DNA of 64,000 bases, from positions 124,001 to 188,000 of the forward strand of contig NGBS01000584.1 in NCBI GenBank assembly GCA_002245135.1, read 5' to 3'. Below are positions 40,017 through 52,504 of this stretch, piece by piece. This DNA comes from Proteromonas lacertae. Lineage: Eukaryota. Below the pieces are notes generated by a model. The model worked only from the letters and a program-made list of their open reading frames with translations. It did not search any database and was not told the DNA's origin. Each line of letters starts with the position of its first letter. Positions within the stretch are counted from its first letter, which is position 1. The position numbers and the translations under genes are program-made.

Positions 40017-42770
40017 TCTGATTTTCAGACAATTATCATTCTTTTCATATATATTCTGTAACAATTTAATACATTGAGACAAATGAAAATCAGTAATTTC
40101 TGTTATCTTTGTTTCATCAAGATAAGATGATAATACATTGTCAATTTTGCATAACATTTGCTCAGGGTTTGTCCTATCCTCTAATCTATCATATTCCTTA
40201 GAGAAATCTATGAAATCTTTATTCTCTTTACTTGATTCTAACATTATAATTGGCCAATAATAATCTAGATAATTATGAGGAGGGTACTATAAAGATATAT
40301 AAATGAAATATAATATATATATATACATTATATTTTGGCTCTTCTAAGAAATAATCAGTTGTACATTTCACTATTTCAGCATCTCTCTTTTCTTCACTTA
40401 TTGATAATAAATCATCTAATATCATTTTAAATGTGTCATCACTCATCATTTTTACATTACTGTTGCTTATTGGTTGTGATGGTTTTTGTTCTTCTTGTTG
40501 TTTTTCTTCAGATTTGTTATTGCTATCTTTATTTGTTGCTGTATTTGTATTACCATTCAGTAATGTTCTGAAAAATAATATCAAATATTTATCATATTTA
40601 CTGTTTTGTAACGATTCTTTCAATGATATGTAAGTGTCAACATCTAATGGTTTATTCTTCTTTGTTATATATGAACTGATAGATAACATTCTTATTTCAA
40701 TGTCTTTTTCTTTTATAATATTCTCTAATTCTGTCTTTTTAATGATGTTGGATAATTCTTTTATTAACACTTGAAATAGATCATCTTCTATTTTAACCTT
40801 TTCATAAAATATCTATAATCATAATAATAGTTTATATATATATATATATATACTGGTAATAATCTAATACAACATGTTACACTCTTTATTTCATCAATCT
40901 GTAAAGATTTCCAATTTTTTATCTTTTCATAACAATTCTTGTAATATATTTCCATTTTTTGGGGATCTAATTCAAATATGTTTTTTAATATGTCGTATAA
41001 CTTTTTAGACACATCTTCACCTATTATATAATAAATATAAAACATACTATTTTCATTGACAACTGGATTAATACATGAAATAAACACATTATCAACCAAA
41101 TTAGTCAATCTGTTGGTTTGTTTCTTTGGATCATAAATCTTTGTCAATTCAACAATGAACTTAGCAATCAATGAAATATCTTTATCAGCTACATTGTCAT
41201 TAAATTGAAACTGAATAATGAGATATTGTCTTACAGTATCAAACAATGATTCATCTTCAATATGAGAAGTCATTAACTATACAAATGAATAAATTACAAT
41301 AATAAATAATATACAGTTAATAGCATATCATCAGCTCTACTAGAATACTCTTCATTATGGATATATATATCCCATAGATAACTGAACAATTGAAATCTAT
41401 CAAATTGATATTCATTACCATATAATTCTGGTAATAACTTCTGATACTTCATAAACACAGTAGGATGTAAATACTCATCTTTAAATAAATCTTCTAAGAA
41501 TCCTCTCTTTTGTAATTCATCAAATAATATTGGTAAAACATCTGATCTTGTAGCTTGAGTTTTATCAAAGAACTTTATTAATATATCACATCCAATCACT
41601 CTCATTTGTAAAGCACTTGACTGTAACATTCTTTTGAGTATCATATCACATAATTTTTGAAAATATTCTGGTGCAAATGTTTTGCTATAACCTAAAATGG
41701 ACTGTAATTGAGTCTTGAAATCATCAGCTTGTTTAATAATATCTGCATCAGTGAGATTCAATATGTAATCATAATATTCATTTACAAACATAGAGTGATC
41801 AATTTGAACTTGAACCATTTCCTTCTATTTATATAATAATAATAATTAATACATATATGTGAATATAAATATATAATATCCATGCAATTGTAACTATCTT
41901 TGACTTTGATTCAATAAATTTAGAATGCATAATGTTGAACAACCCACACTCGTACAATGCCATTTGATAATTCTTTAATGTAAACTATAATAATAATAAT
42001 AATAATAATATATACCAAATTTCCAGTAGCTGCAAAAAAACAATTACTCTCATCTTTATTCAAATCACACAAGGCGATAAGTGTTTCACAGTCTTTCATT
42101 TCAATAAGTGATAATCTCAATTCATAGGTGAATAAATATGAAATATCCATTATTAATATTCCTGATTCTAATTGATTAACTTGACTTCTACTGTTATTAA
42201 AGGTTATAGGGGTTAATTGTTGAGAAATGATTTGTCTTATTACTCCATTGTTTTGTATAACATTCAGATTACCTCCAATCTATTTATTTATAATATATAG
42301 ATATATATTATACAATAGAAGTGATTATATGACGAACAAATTTTATACATTATATTAATTAAAGATTCTCTTTACACTTATAGTTTTAAAAAAGATATAT
42401 CGTTTGTATTTACCATATTTCCACCGTTGGTAATCCTACTTTTAATGATATTAAACATATTCTCATCAATATCACTTACCTATTGGTATAGATTAAAAAT
42501 AAATACTTGAAATTCTTTTTCAAACGCTGGAAGATACGCTAAAGGGTTACATTGACAAGGAACAGTAGCAGGACAGAAATAATTCCCAAAATCTGATGCC
42601 AAAGAAAATTCACTACAATTTGGCCTACATTATGTGAAATAAAAAAGATACAAGCAGATATGATCTTCATGCCCATGGATTTCGTTAAGTTTACAGAACC
42701 TGCAGCAATGATGCAAACCTTTCGGATGATGAGGTGGATCTTTCTCTATTTCTGTGGGATTTGCAGACAT
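34558..42770 (-). CDS. Large ubiquitin-specific protease (USP9X/24/34-like), many exons
   Basis: Cys box GLRNLGSTCYVNSLIQQLY, QNDVRSF, His box YELTGVVIHKGQANAGHYYSFIK and WFNFND, with long helical flanks and a UBA-like C-terminus. The link to the 5' exons (42399-42770) depends on a non-canonical intron. Confidence 0.85.
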
Positions 42771-42912
42771 ATCAAAATTCTACGATATTGATGAATAAAA
42801 ATGCAAAAAAATAATTCCACAGCGGCTTGGCTTGATTTTTTTTTTATCATTTTACACACAAATCAGAAATGATAACTCTAACAAAATACACAAAAATAAA
42901 TTAACAAATAAA

Positions 42913-43529
42913 TTAAGCAGGGATTTTCACAAATGCGTGTCGTGTTACAAGCTTTCCATTCATAAACTCACCACTCCAATTAATCCCATTTTCATCTTTC
43001 AAACATCCTTTACCATTCATTCTAAAAGACAAATAATGTATTATAATATATACTTTCCTTTATACCAACTTCCTGTGTATTTTGCACCATTTGCCCAAGT
43101 ATAAGTTCCTTGACCATGAAATAATCCTTGCTGAAATTGTCCCTAAATATTAATTATTTGTAATTCTAAAATACTATATATTGAGCACCTGTAGCGAATT
43201 TATAAGTTCCTTGACCATCCATTAGATCATGTTTCCAATCTCCTTCATAACTTTCATATTGATTTCTAAATTTGCCTGGTCCTTCTCTGAATTTTATATC
43301 TTCTTCAAGGATATATTGACCTTCTAAAATATATACAAAAACTAAATACCATATTGTGATCCATCAGCGGTTACAAATGATCCTGATAGAATTGGAGGAG
43401 GTTCTTCGATTTCTTCTTCAACCTAAAATGTTAGAATAAACATATAGATACTTCTTTACCCTTTTTTGTCATCTTTTTACTAGCTCTAGTGTTTGGACGA
43501 GTATTAGGCTTTGAACCTTTCTTTGACAT
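42913..43529 (-). CDS. Small MORN-repeat protein (MORN2-like)
   Basis: YEGDWKHDLMDGQGTYKF, YIGQFQQGLFHGQGTYTW and YTGSWYKG repeats across short introns. Confidence 0.85.
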
Positions 43530-43595
43530 GAGAAAATGAGTTTTTATAAAAAACGGTATGTAATTTACTGTAATTTTGTCAAATTCAAATTCAAA

Positions 43596-43887
43596 ATGAA
43601 AAGAAAGTTAGATGACTATGAAGAAGAATGTTATGACGAAAAAAGATCTTGTATATATATTAATTTGATATTTTTTATAGCAAAAGAACCTACATTGTGT
43701 CCTTTGTGTTGTGATGTTTTGAAAAATGAAGCAACTACTTCATGCAATCACAATTTTTGCATGCAGTGTTTATCAAATGTATATATTTGAATTTGATTTA
43801 AAGTAGTATGTTAGAATTTATGGTAAATGCCCAATATGTAAATTCCCTCAAAGCTCAAATACAATTAGATTTTCACCCACATTTTGA
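43596..43887 (+). CDS. Small C3HC4 RING-finger protein
   Basis: CPLCCD...SCNHNFCMQCL...KCPICK over two introns. Confidence 0.8.
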
Positions 43888-43933
43888 TGTTAAATAACAA
43901 CTTATATTTATTAATTATTTTAATAGAATTTGT

Positions 43934-44879
43934 TTATTTTGAACATCTATGAATTATTTTTGCATGTAGAGTTGAAATATATGTATCATCATGAAATGCT
44001 TTTAGATTCTTCACATTTTTCAAGAGTAACTTATGAGTTGCTTTAGATTCTGTTAAAGTAAGAAAGCATTCATAGACTTTGGTTGCTAAATATATCTATT
44101 TAACTTCATAAAATAAATATATAATACTGGTAAATCTGGACAACTAACCATAACAACTAAAAACTGAATAACAAGTTGAATAAAATCTAAATAATTCTAG
44201 AGAAAAATATAAAAGAAAATTATACTTCGTAAATAACATCATATTTCAATAAAACACGAAACATTATCAAAATCTGGTTTAACTCTTTTTCATTAGACAT
44301 ATCAAAATCTTTAATATGATCTAATACCTTGCTAATAAGTGGTATGAAGTATGGAATAATAACATCTGAAACAGATTGAGATATTAAATTAACAGATATT
44401 GCTATTAGTTTAGAACTATCTTCTAATTGGAGAGTGAATATATGGTGAAAGAATTTTTCCAATTTATCATTTTTATCTAGTTCTAAATATGGCGACAATG
44501 ATAATGTGATATCCATTGTTAAATCAATATTATCTGGACTCTTTTCATCCAAAACACTATCTAATATTGCATATACTAATGGTTGAGATGATAAATATCT
44601 ACAATTAGATTCATAATAGTTGAAATTTTGAATGACTGATAAAAATATTGATAGAAGTAAATTAAGATCTAAATCATGGGGTATTTTATGTTGTAATATA
44701 TCATTGATTGTTGATAATAGTGTCACACATAGGTTTGGGTAATCTTCATATAAAATTGTGAATTCTTTATCAACTGATAGTACCAATAGTTTGTTAATCG
44801 TTGAAATATAATTTTCCATAACTTCTTGGTGTAAATAATCTTCTAGATTATTCAAAAATTCATCATAATCAAATAACAT
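43934..44879 (-). CDS. Hypothetical Leu-rich helical (ARM/HEAT-like) protein
   Basis: The 221-aa ORF splices through two short introns to a TAA at 43934. Confidence 0.55.
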
Positions 44880-44890
44880 TATCAAGCTTT

Positions 44891-46819
44891 ATGTTTGAAT
44901 TTTTGGATCAAAAAATGATTTTATGTAAAGTTTGTCAAAATCAAGGGTATAATTTATAGATAGTTTATTTTTTCTTAGTTTGATACATTGGCTTGTATCT
45001 CAAGGGGAGAGAGATTGTAAGTTTGTTATTGATGGAGGTGAATTGTATGGAATTAAATCAATATTGAGGAGTGTGAACTATAAAATGAAAGAAATAATAG
45101 ATAATGCATCTGATAAAAATAATATCATTCTCAGTTCTCCAGTTACTGCCTATGGATTATATGAATTGATGAGATATTATGGTCATGGTAAATTAAACAT
45201 CCAAGAAGATACTGTTGTCACAGTTTATTTAACAGTTCAATATTTCCATGATGTTGAACTAGAGAATATACTAACCAAATTCATTTTAGATCATTTAACC
45301 AGTAATTTAATCATTGCTACTCAAGTTTTAAAGTGTTATAGCTATTTCACTGACTTAAATATACAAGCAAAATTAAACCAATTATTGATATATAATGGTT
45401 ATAAATACTTTTCTGATTGTATATATATTTATTTATTTATATTTAATTTAATAGTAAATATTACTAAAGAGTATGATCCAATGATATTAGGCTATGTATT
45501 GCAAATACCAATGCTTATTATTGAAAGTGAAGATTATATTGTTCAACAGTTGATTAAATATTATAGTTATTATGTTCAAAAATCCAAAGATAGTAATCAA
45601 ATGTTATTATTTCAACAAATACTTTCATTTGTTCATGGAAAGCAACTAAGTTCTATTGGTATTATGAACTTGACTCAATATCAATTACTTGGATATGTCG
45701 ATACATCATCTGATGGATTATCTAGAGTCTATTTTAGTATACATATTATATTATTATATTTTTTATTTTATAGAGCCAACTGGAAATGAAGTATTGGATG
45801 AGACTCTCAGTGAATTATGTTCAAGTAATCCAACAGCATTTCATTTATCTGAAATTATGAAGAATAAATTGATAAAAATAATGAATTTGGAAGAATTATT
45901 ATCTAAATTGATCAGCGAAGAGAATAAAAATCATAAGATATTCTTATTATCTCTAATAATTATTATAGAATTAGATTTCCCTTATAGATGTATAAATATA
46001 AATATAAATTTAATATTTATATTTGAATAGTGAATGAAAAAGAACAATTTTTATGTACAACTAGAATAATTAATGTATATAATAATATCAACCAACATCC
46101 TGATATATGTAATAATATGATACTTGAATCTTCAACATTGATATGTTTTTACAGTATTGTTTTTATGGTATATGTTTTTAATAATAGATAATACTTTTGG
46201 ATTAATAAAAGTGAATTTCAGACCAGAGGATTTAATGGGAATCTTATCAAATTATTTTTTAATGAAAAAGAATAATTTACAGAAGTATTTAGAGATGTTA
46301 TATTCATCTAATATTCCACGTATAGTTTTTATTTTCTATGTATAAATAGTAAATGTGTGGAATTCATTGAAAATGATGTTAAATCTGAACAATATAGAAG
46401 ACAAGAATTTCTTTGATTCAGTAATGTCAAAAATATACCAACGTCATTCTCAAAGAATGAATTCATCATTATCATCAAGTCAGCAGATGTATATGCAACA
46501 ACAACAACAACAACAACCTATATTCAATCCTCCACAGTTCATCCCACCTCCGTTTAATCCACAATTTCCACAACAGCAACAAAATTTACCTCAACAATCT
46601 CAAATATATCAACAACCACCATTTCAACAACCACCTCAAGATCAACAACAACAGCAACAAAATTTACTACTTCAACAACCTCAAATATATCAACAACAAC
46701 CACTTCAACAACTTCCGCCTCAAGATCAACAACCACCATTTCAACAACCACTTCAAGATCAACAACAGCAGAATTTGATGAGTTCAAATCAACCACAATT
46801 CAAACCGCCATTTACATAA
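44891..46819 (+). CDS. BTB/BACK-domain protein with Gln/Pro-rich C-terminus
   Basis: DCKFVIDGGELYGIKSIL...ELMRYYGHGKLNI, IIESEDYIV and a poly-Q/P tail. Start is 44891 or 44915. Confidence 0.7.
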
Positions 46820-46878
46820 TAACTATTAAACTAGTCTAATAACCCAATAAACAACATGAATTATTATATACATTTTTT

Positions 46879-47244
46879 TTATTGTTCTAAACTGTTTAAA
46901 GCATTTAATAGTTTTGAGTTGAACATTGATTTAGCTTTTGCACTACACAGAAATAATAATGCTATTCTATACCTTATTGAAAGCAATAAAGTGTCAAATG
47001 ATTCAAATGTTTCTTTATTATCAACCTTTATATTACAGTAAAAATTATACAGTATATCCTCTTGAAGGATCAAATTTAACAATTATTCTCTTAGACTCCA
47101 AAGTATTAAATTCAATTATCAAAAACCTATCGTCTTCATATCTATATACAATATCTACAATTAATATAATTGAATACCAGTAATATAATCACTATAATTC
47201 TTGGTTATATTCTCTAATTCTTCTTTTAAAACATTTAAGGTCAT
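46879..47244 (-). CDS. GSKIP-domain (DUF727-like) small protein
   Basis: Spliced product IIEFNTLESKRIIVKFDPSRGYTVDNKETFESFDTLLLSISAKAKSMFNSKLLNAL resembles the GSKIP fold signature. Confidence 0.6.
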
Positions 47245-47361
47245 TTTTCGCTAATTTTTTCGATAACCTATTTTGCTTTTTTTAATTTTATCTCAATCAA
47301 CAAATTAATATGAAAATACATAAATTCTAAACTACAAAAACTTGAATTGCCTATTAACTAT

Positions 47362-48380
47362 TTATCTGCTTTTGTCTCTATAAATTTGAGGTTTATTCAT
47401 CCATTCTTTCTCAACATTATAAAACACATACTTAGGATCTTTAATATTACACGGATAAATGTCATCATCATAACATTCCATGTTCACTGAGTCATTAAAC
47501 ACAATACTATAACACAACGGCATTTTCATCTCAGTATTATATAATAAATTGTATCTATAATAATAGCTCAATTTGTGAGATAAATTCAGATAGTGATCAA
47601 CATAATATATATCATAATCATGTTTTCTTGCCAATTTCACATGTTTAGGTATTGATAACGGCATTAATATTCCACTAATCTCATTATTATTACTAACTGT
47701 AGTGTATAATCTTCCCCATGTTGGATTTCTAGTGAATAGAAAATATCAAAATATACATTCGGTTTAATTTATGTATTAAGTATTCCAATGTATGAATAGT
47801 ATTCATACACATAATTGCATTATCATTTATAAAATATAAATATTCTCCTTGTTCGTATAAATTCCGTAGAATCATCTCGAATTCAGAGGAAAATACTTTA
47901 TAATCATTGGATGGATATGACATTTGAGGTGTGTATTTAGAAGAGATATTATCGATGAATAGGATATCATTATCTTGTGACTGTTTTGAAAAATTGAGTT
48001 TAGCATCATAATAGTATGGGTTGTTTTGAGATTGGAGGTTAATCATTATATATTGCACCTACAAATTATAATTTTTTACATACCTTTCCATATAACCTGT
48101 CAGTTGCTTTAGGGTGTTGTATAATGATTGTATTTAGTATATCAGATAAATAATTTGCTAAAAATATATAAACAATATATACCACGATTTGCATGACATA
48201 AATATGCAATAACTAAATAGGGCTTGTGTTTATTTGGAATACTCTATTATCATATAAAGATTAAAAAAATACGGTTGGCTCAGGTCCTTTTGTTTGTACT
48301 TCATCAAAGGATACTGTAATCAAAGCAAAGAGAAACATGTAAAAAACTAATAGAATGTAATATTGGTTGTTAGGAGGCAT
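47362..48380 (-). CDS. Hypothetical type II membrane/secreted protein (possibly glycosyltransferase-like)
   Basis: N-terminal hydrophobic anchor and in-frame splicing over four short introns; no clear family motif. Confidence 0.5.
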
Positions 48381-48441
48381 TTTTTTGATTTTCTATATTA
48401 GGCAGTATTTATCAATACCTATATTTTCTGTTTACTCAGTT

Positions 48442-48513
48442 GGCTCTGTGGTGTAATGGTTAGCACATTGGACTTTGAATCCAATAATCCGAGTTCAAAT
48501 CTCGGCAGGGCCT
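48442..48513 (+). tRNA. tRNA-Gln(TTG)
   Basis: GGCTCTG acceptor stem pairing with CAGGGCC, D loop TAATGGTTA, anticodon loop CTTTGAA, GTTCAAATC T arm, and a T-run terminator. Confidence 0.97.
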
Positions 48514-49838
48514 TATTTTTTTAATTTTTTTTGTATTCTTTTTTTGTATATTAAGAGGTAATATAATGCTATTTTCTTTATGCAGTATTTTTTTATACAT
48601 TGTGTATCAACTAATTATGATGAAAAGATAAATAATAGCACACATTTTAAAAACATTTCCGAATTATGCTGAAAAATAAAATTATAGCATCAAGGTGTGG
48701 CTAGTTAAAATCATTGTAGGGAAAAGCTAAAGATTGGAGAAAGAAAGCTTACGATTGGGCTAAAGAACACAAGATAGCTTCAAAGATAGCAAGAGAGTTT
48801 GGTATAATTATTTTATAAACACTAGTTCTAAAATTACAACAATTCGTTTATACATTAACAGTAAATATATATTGAAAACAGATTAAGTAATGATAGAATT
48901 AAAGATCTTAACGTAGATATATCCTAAAAGAGATAAAAGATGATGTTAGTAAAATATCAAAAAAACTTAAATGATAGTATCATCTCGTATATTTATATTA
49001 ATTAACTTCCTTACAAATAAAGTACATCCAAAACAATCTTAAGCATGATAATCTATAGTTGTACTAGCGTAGTAGTATAGTCAACAATTGATATGTGTGA
49101 TCATGTCAAAGACAAGGAAATTGTTGACAAAGAAACTAATTATTTAGAAGCCAAAGAAGCAGAAATCAGAAAAGAATGTCTGAAATTAGATTCAAAAAAT
49201 ATATTAAAATCCTCATCATTAGATGAATCTGAAGAGCCAATAATATTAAGAACAGATGGAGGTGCTAGAGGAAATCCAGGTATAGCAGGAAGTGGTGCTG
49301 TAATATTTAATGGAGACAATATATACAAATTTCAAAAATATATTGAATGCTGTTGTGCGCCTTTGAGCTAAATGCGCCGTTGAGCGTTAAGAAGACTTTT
49401 TTCAATTCTAAAATGATAGTGTGTGGTTTGATGGCGAGTTATATGCAAATATAATCTTACTTTGTCATATAAGCTACATCTGCGATATATATTTTTTGAG
49501 GACAATTTTTTAGAACGGCTGTTCAAATTTTTAACACCCTATTTCTAGTGGCGTTACAGCCTTTATATTAAATTTCTTCAAGATATAGATAAGTAATTAA
49601 GAGTTTCTGAAACTATCTGTGAATTTCGTTTACTTATGATTAATTCATTTTGACATTAGTTTTAAAATTGATGTCCAAACAAAAGTGCATAATATCTGCA
49701 TTTAGGACCTCCAATTATTTTCGTAATAATATGTTTATTTAATGAAAAAATAAACAAAACATTTTCACAAAGCAAACCTCAAGTTTGAATGATTTTAAAT
49801 TTTTTATTTTTTAAGCTCCTTATTTAATAGATGAATAA

Positions 49839-51714
49839 GAAATATTATTATGTGGTTTTATGATTAATATACAAAGACAGAGTGGTGCTAGAATTAAAAT
49901 ATAGTGAATATGTTACATATTAGAAGTGATCTCAAAGAGAAGTCCAAAAAATGAATTAGAAATATTATTATGTGGTTTTATGATTAATATACAAAGACAG
50001 AGTGGTGCTAGAATTAAAATATAGTGAATATGTTACATATTAGAAGTGATCTCAAAGAGAAGTCCAAAAAATGAATTAGAAATATTATTATGTGGTTTTA
50101 TGATTAATATACAAAGACAGAGTGGTGCTAGAATTAAAATATAGTGAATATGTTACATATTAGAAGTGATCTCAAAGAGAAGTCCAAAAAGTGAATTAGA
50201 AATATTATTATGTGGTTTTATGATTAATATACAAAGACAGAGTGGTGCTAGAATTAAAATATAGTGAATATGTTACATATTAGAAGTGATCTCAAAGAGA
50301 AGTCCAAAAAGTGAATTAGAAATATTATTATGTGGTTTTATGATTAATATACAAAGACAGAGTGGTGCTAGAATTAAAATATAGTGAATATGTTACATAT
50401 TAGAAGTGATCTCAAAGAGAAGTCCAAAAAGTGAATTAGAAATATTATTATGTGGTTTTATGATTAATATACAAAGACAGAGTGGTGCTAGAATTAAAAT
50501 ATAGTGAATATGTTACATATTAGAAGTGATCTCAAAGAGAAGTCCAAAAAGTGAATTAGAAATATTATTATGTGGTTTTATGATTAATATACAAAGACAG
50601 AGTGGTGCTAGAATTAAAATATAGTGAATATGTTACATATTAGAAGTGATCTCAAAGAGAAGTCCAAAAAATGAATTAGAAATATTATTATGTGGTTTTA
50701 TGATTAATATACAAAGACAGAGTGGTGCTAGAATTAAAATATAGTGAATATGTTACATATTAGAAGTGATCTCAAAGAGAAGTCCAAAAAGTGAATTAGA
50801 AATATTATTATGTGGTTTTATGATTAATATACAAAGACAGAGTGGTGCTAGAATTAAAATATAGTGAATATGTTACATATTAGAAGTGATCTCAAAGAGA
50901 AGTCCAAAAAATGAATTAGAAATATTATTATGTGGTTTTATGATTAATATACAAAGACAGAGTGGTGCTAGAATTAAAATATAGTGAATATGTTACATAT
51001 TAGAAGTGATCTCAAAGAGAAGTCCAAAAAGTGAATTAGAAATATTATTATGTGGTTTTATGATTAATATACAAAGACAGAGTGGTGCTAGAATTAAAAT
51101 ATAGTGAATATGTTACATATTAGAAGTGATCTCAAAGAGAAGTCCAAAAAATGAATTAGAAATATTATTATGTGGTTTTATGATTAATATACAAAGACAG
51201 AGTGGTGCTAGAATTAAAATATAGTGAATATGTTACATATTAGAAGTGATCTCAAAGAGAAGTCCAAAAAGTGAATTAGAAATATTATTATGTGGTTTTA
51301 TGATTAATATACAAAGACAGAGTGGTGCTAGAATTAAAATATAGTGAATATGTTACATATTAGAAGTGATCTCAAAGAGAAGTCCAAAAAATGAATTAGA
51401 AATATTATTATGTGGTTTTATGATTAATATACAAAGACAGAGTGGTGCTAGAATTAAAATATAGTGAATATGTTACATATTAGAAGTGATCTCAAAGAGA
51501 AGTCCAAAAAATGAATTAGAAATATTATTATGTGGTTTTATGATTAATATACAAAGACAGAGTGGTGCTAGAATTAAAATATAGTGAATATGTTACATAT
51601 TAGAAGTGATCTCAAAGAGAAGTCCAAAAAGTGAATTAGAAATATTATTATGTGGTTTTATGATTAATATACAAAGACAGAGTGGTGCTAGAATTAAAAT
51701 ATAGTGAATATGTT
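49839..51714 (+). repeat. 120-bp tandem array, ~15.6 units (left MULE arm)
   Basis: Units are identical except for one A/G site. Confidence 0.98.
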
Positions 51715-52504
51715 GCATGTAATTTAATAGTTACTAGTCATTATGGATAATTTAATTAAAATATGAAAGAGAATATTGTTTTTGGTTGTTACAATTAAAT
51801 TGTATATGTAGATGAAGTAATATACTAACAATGTTGATGATAAGCATCGAGAATTATAGCAGAATTAGGAAAGATGTTTGAGTAGAAGATTTATTGGAAT
51901 TTAAATGGTGAATCTGACACACTCACTGGCTTTTAGTTATTTAGCAAAGGAAAGAAAAATAACAGTAACAACAACTCTAGTAATAAACTTAATAACTTAT
52001 TCTAATAGCCATTGGATTATTATGAAAATATTTTATAGTTTATTAATAAAAAAGTGTTAATAAGTGTTTTTAAGCTATGTTAGTTAAAAATTAATTCAAA
52101 AGGATTGAAATTGATATTTTAAATACTATGATAATTTGTTACTGTGATATTAATTTCATTTAATAATAAATTAGTATTAGAAAAGAAGAGAATATGAGAT
52201 TATATGATTTATACTTCACAACACCATAAGAATTTAATGAATTAGAATGTGATTAGAGAAGTGTATTATCAATATAGATAATAAGAAATTGTTATTCAAT
52301 GAAGATAATAATATCAATAAAACAAAAGAAAATATTAATATATATTATTACAGTTTATATAAAGAATGTGAATACATGATAAAAGAATGAATAAATGATA
52401 AAATATTGATAGTATAATTGTATAGTATTTGAATAGATATTCAAGATAAAATGATAAAATCGTATAATATAACCAATATACTTATATAATATTATAATTA
52501 AAAT

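Noticed and set aside
8400..47400. Stop codons created by polyadenylation (Blastocystis-type)
   Set aside because: Every gene end I could trace has a genomic stop. Only loose TGTTTG(T) motifs occur downstream (e.g. ~22255-22265, ~30718).
48715..48900. Short exon-like segment (GKAKDWRKKAYDWAKEHK) after the tRNA
   Set aside because: It cannot be extended into a coherent gene and has no recognisable family; it may be part of the RNase H relic.
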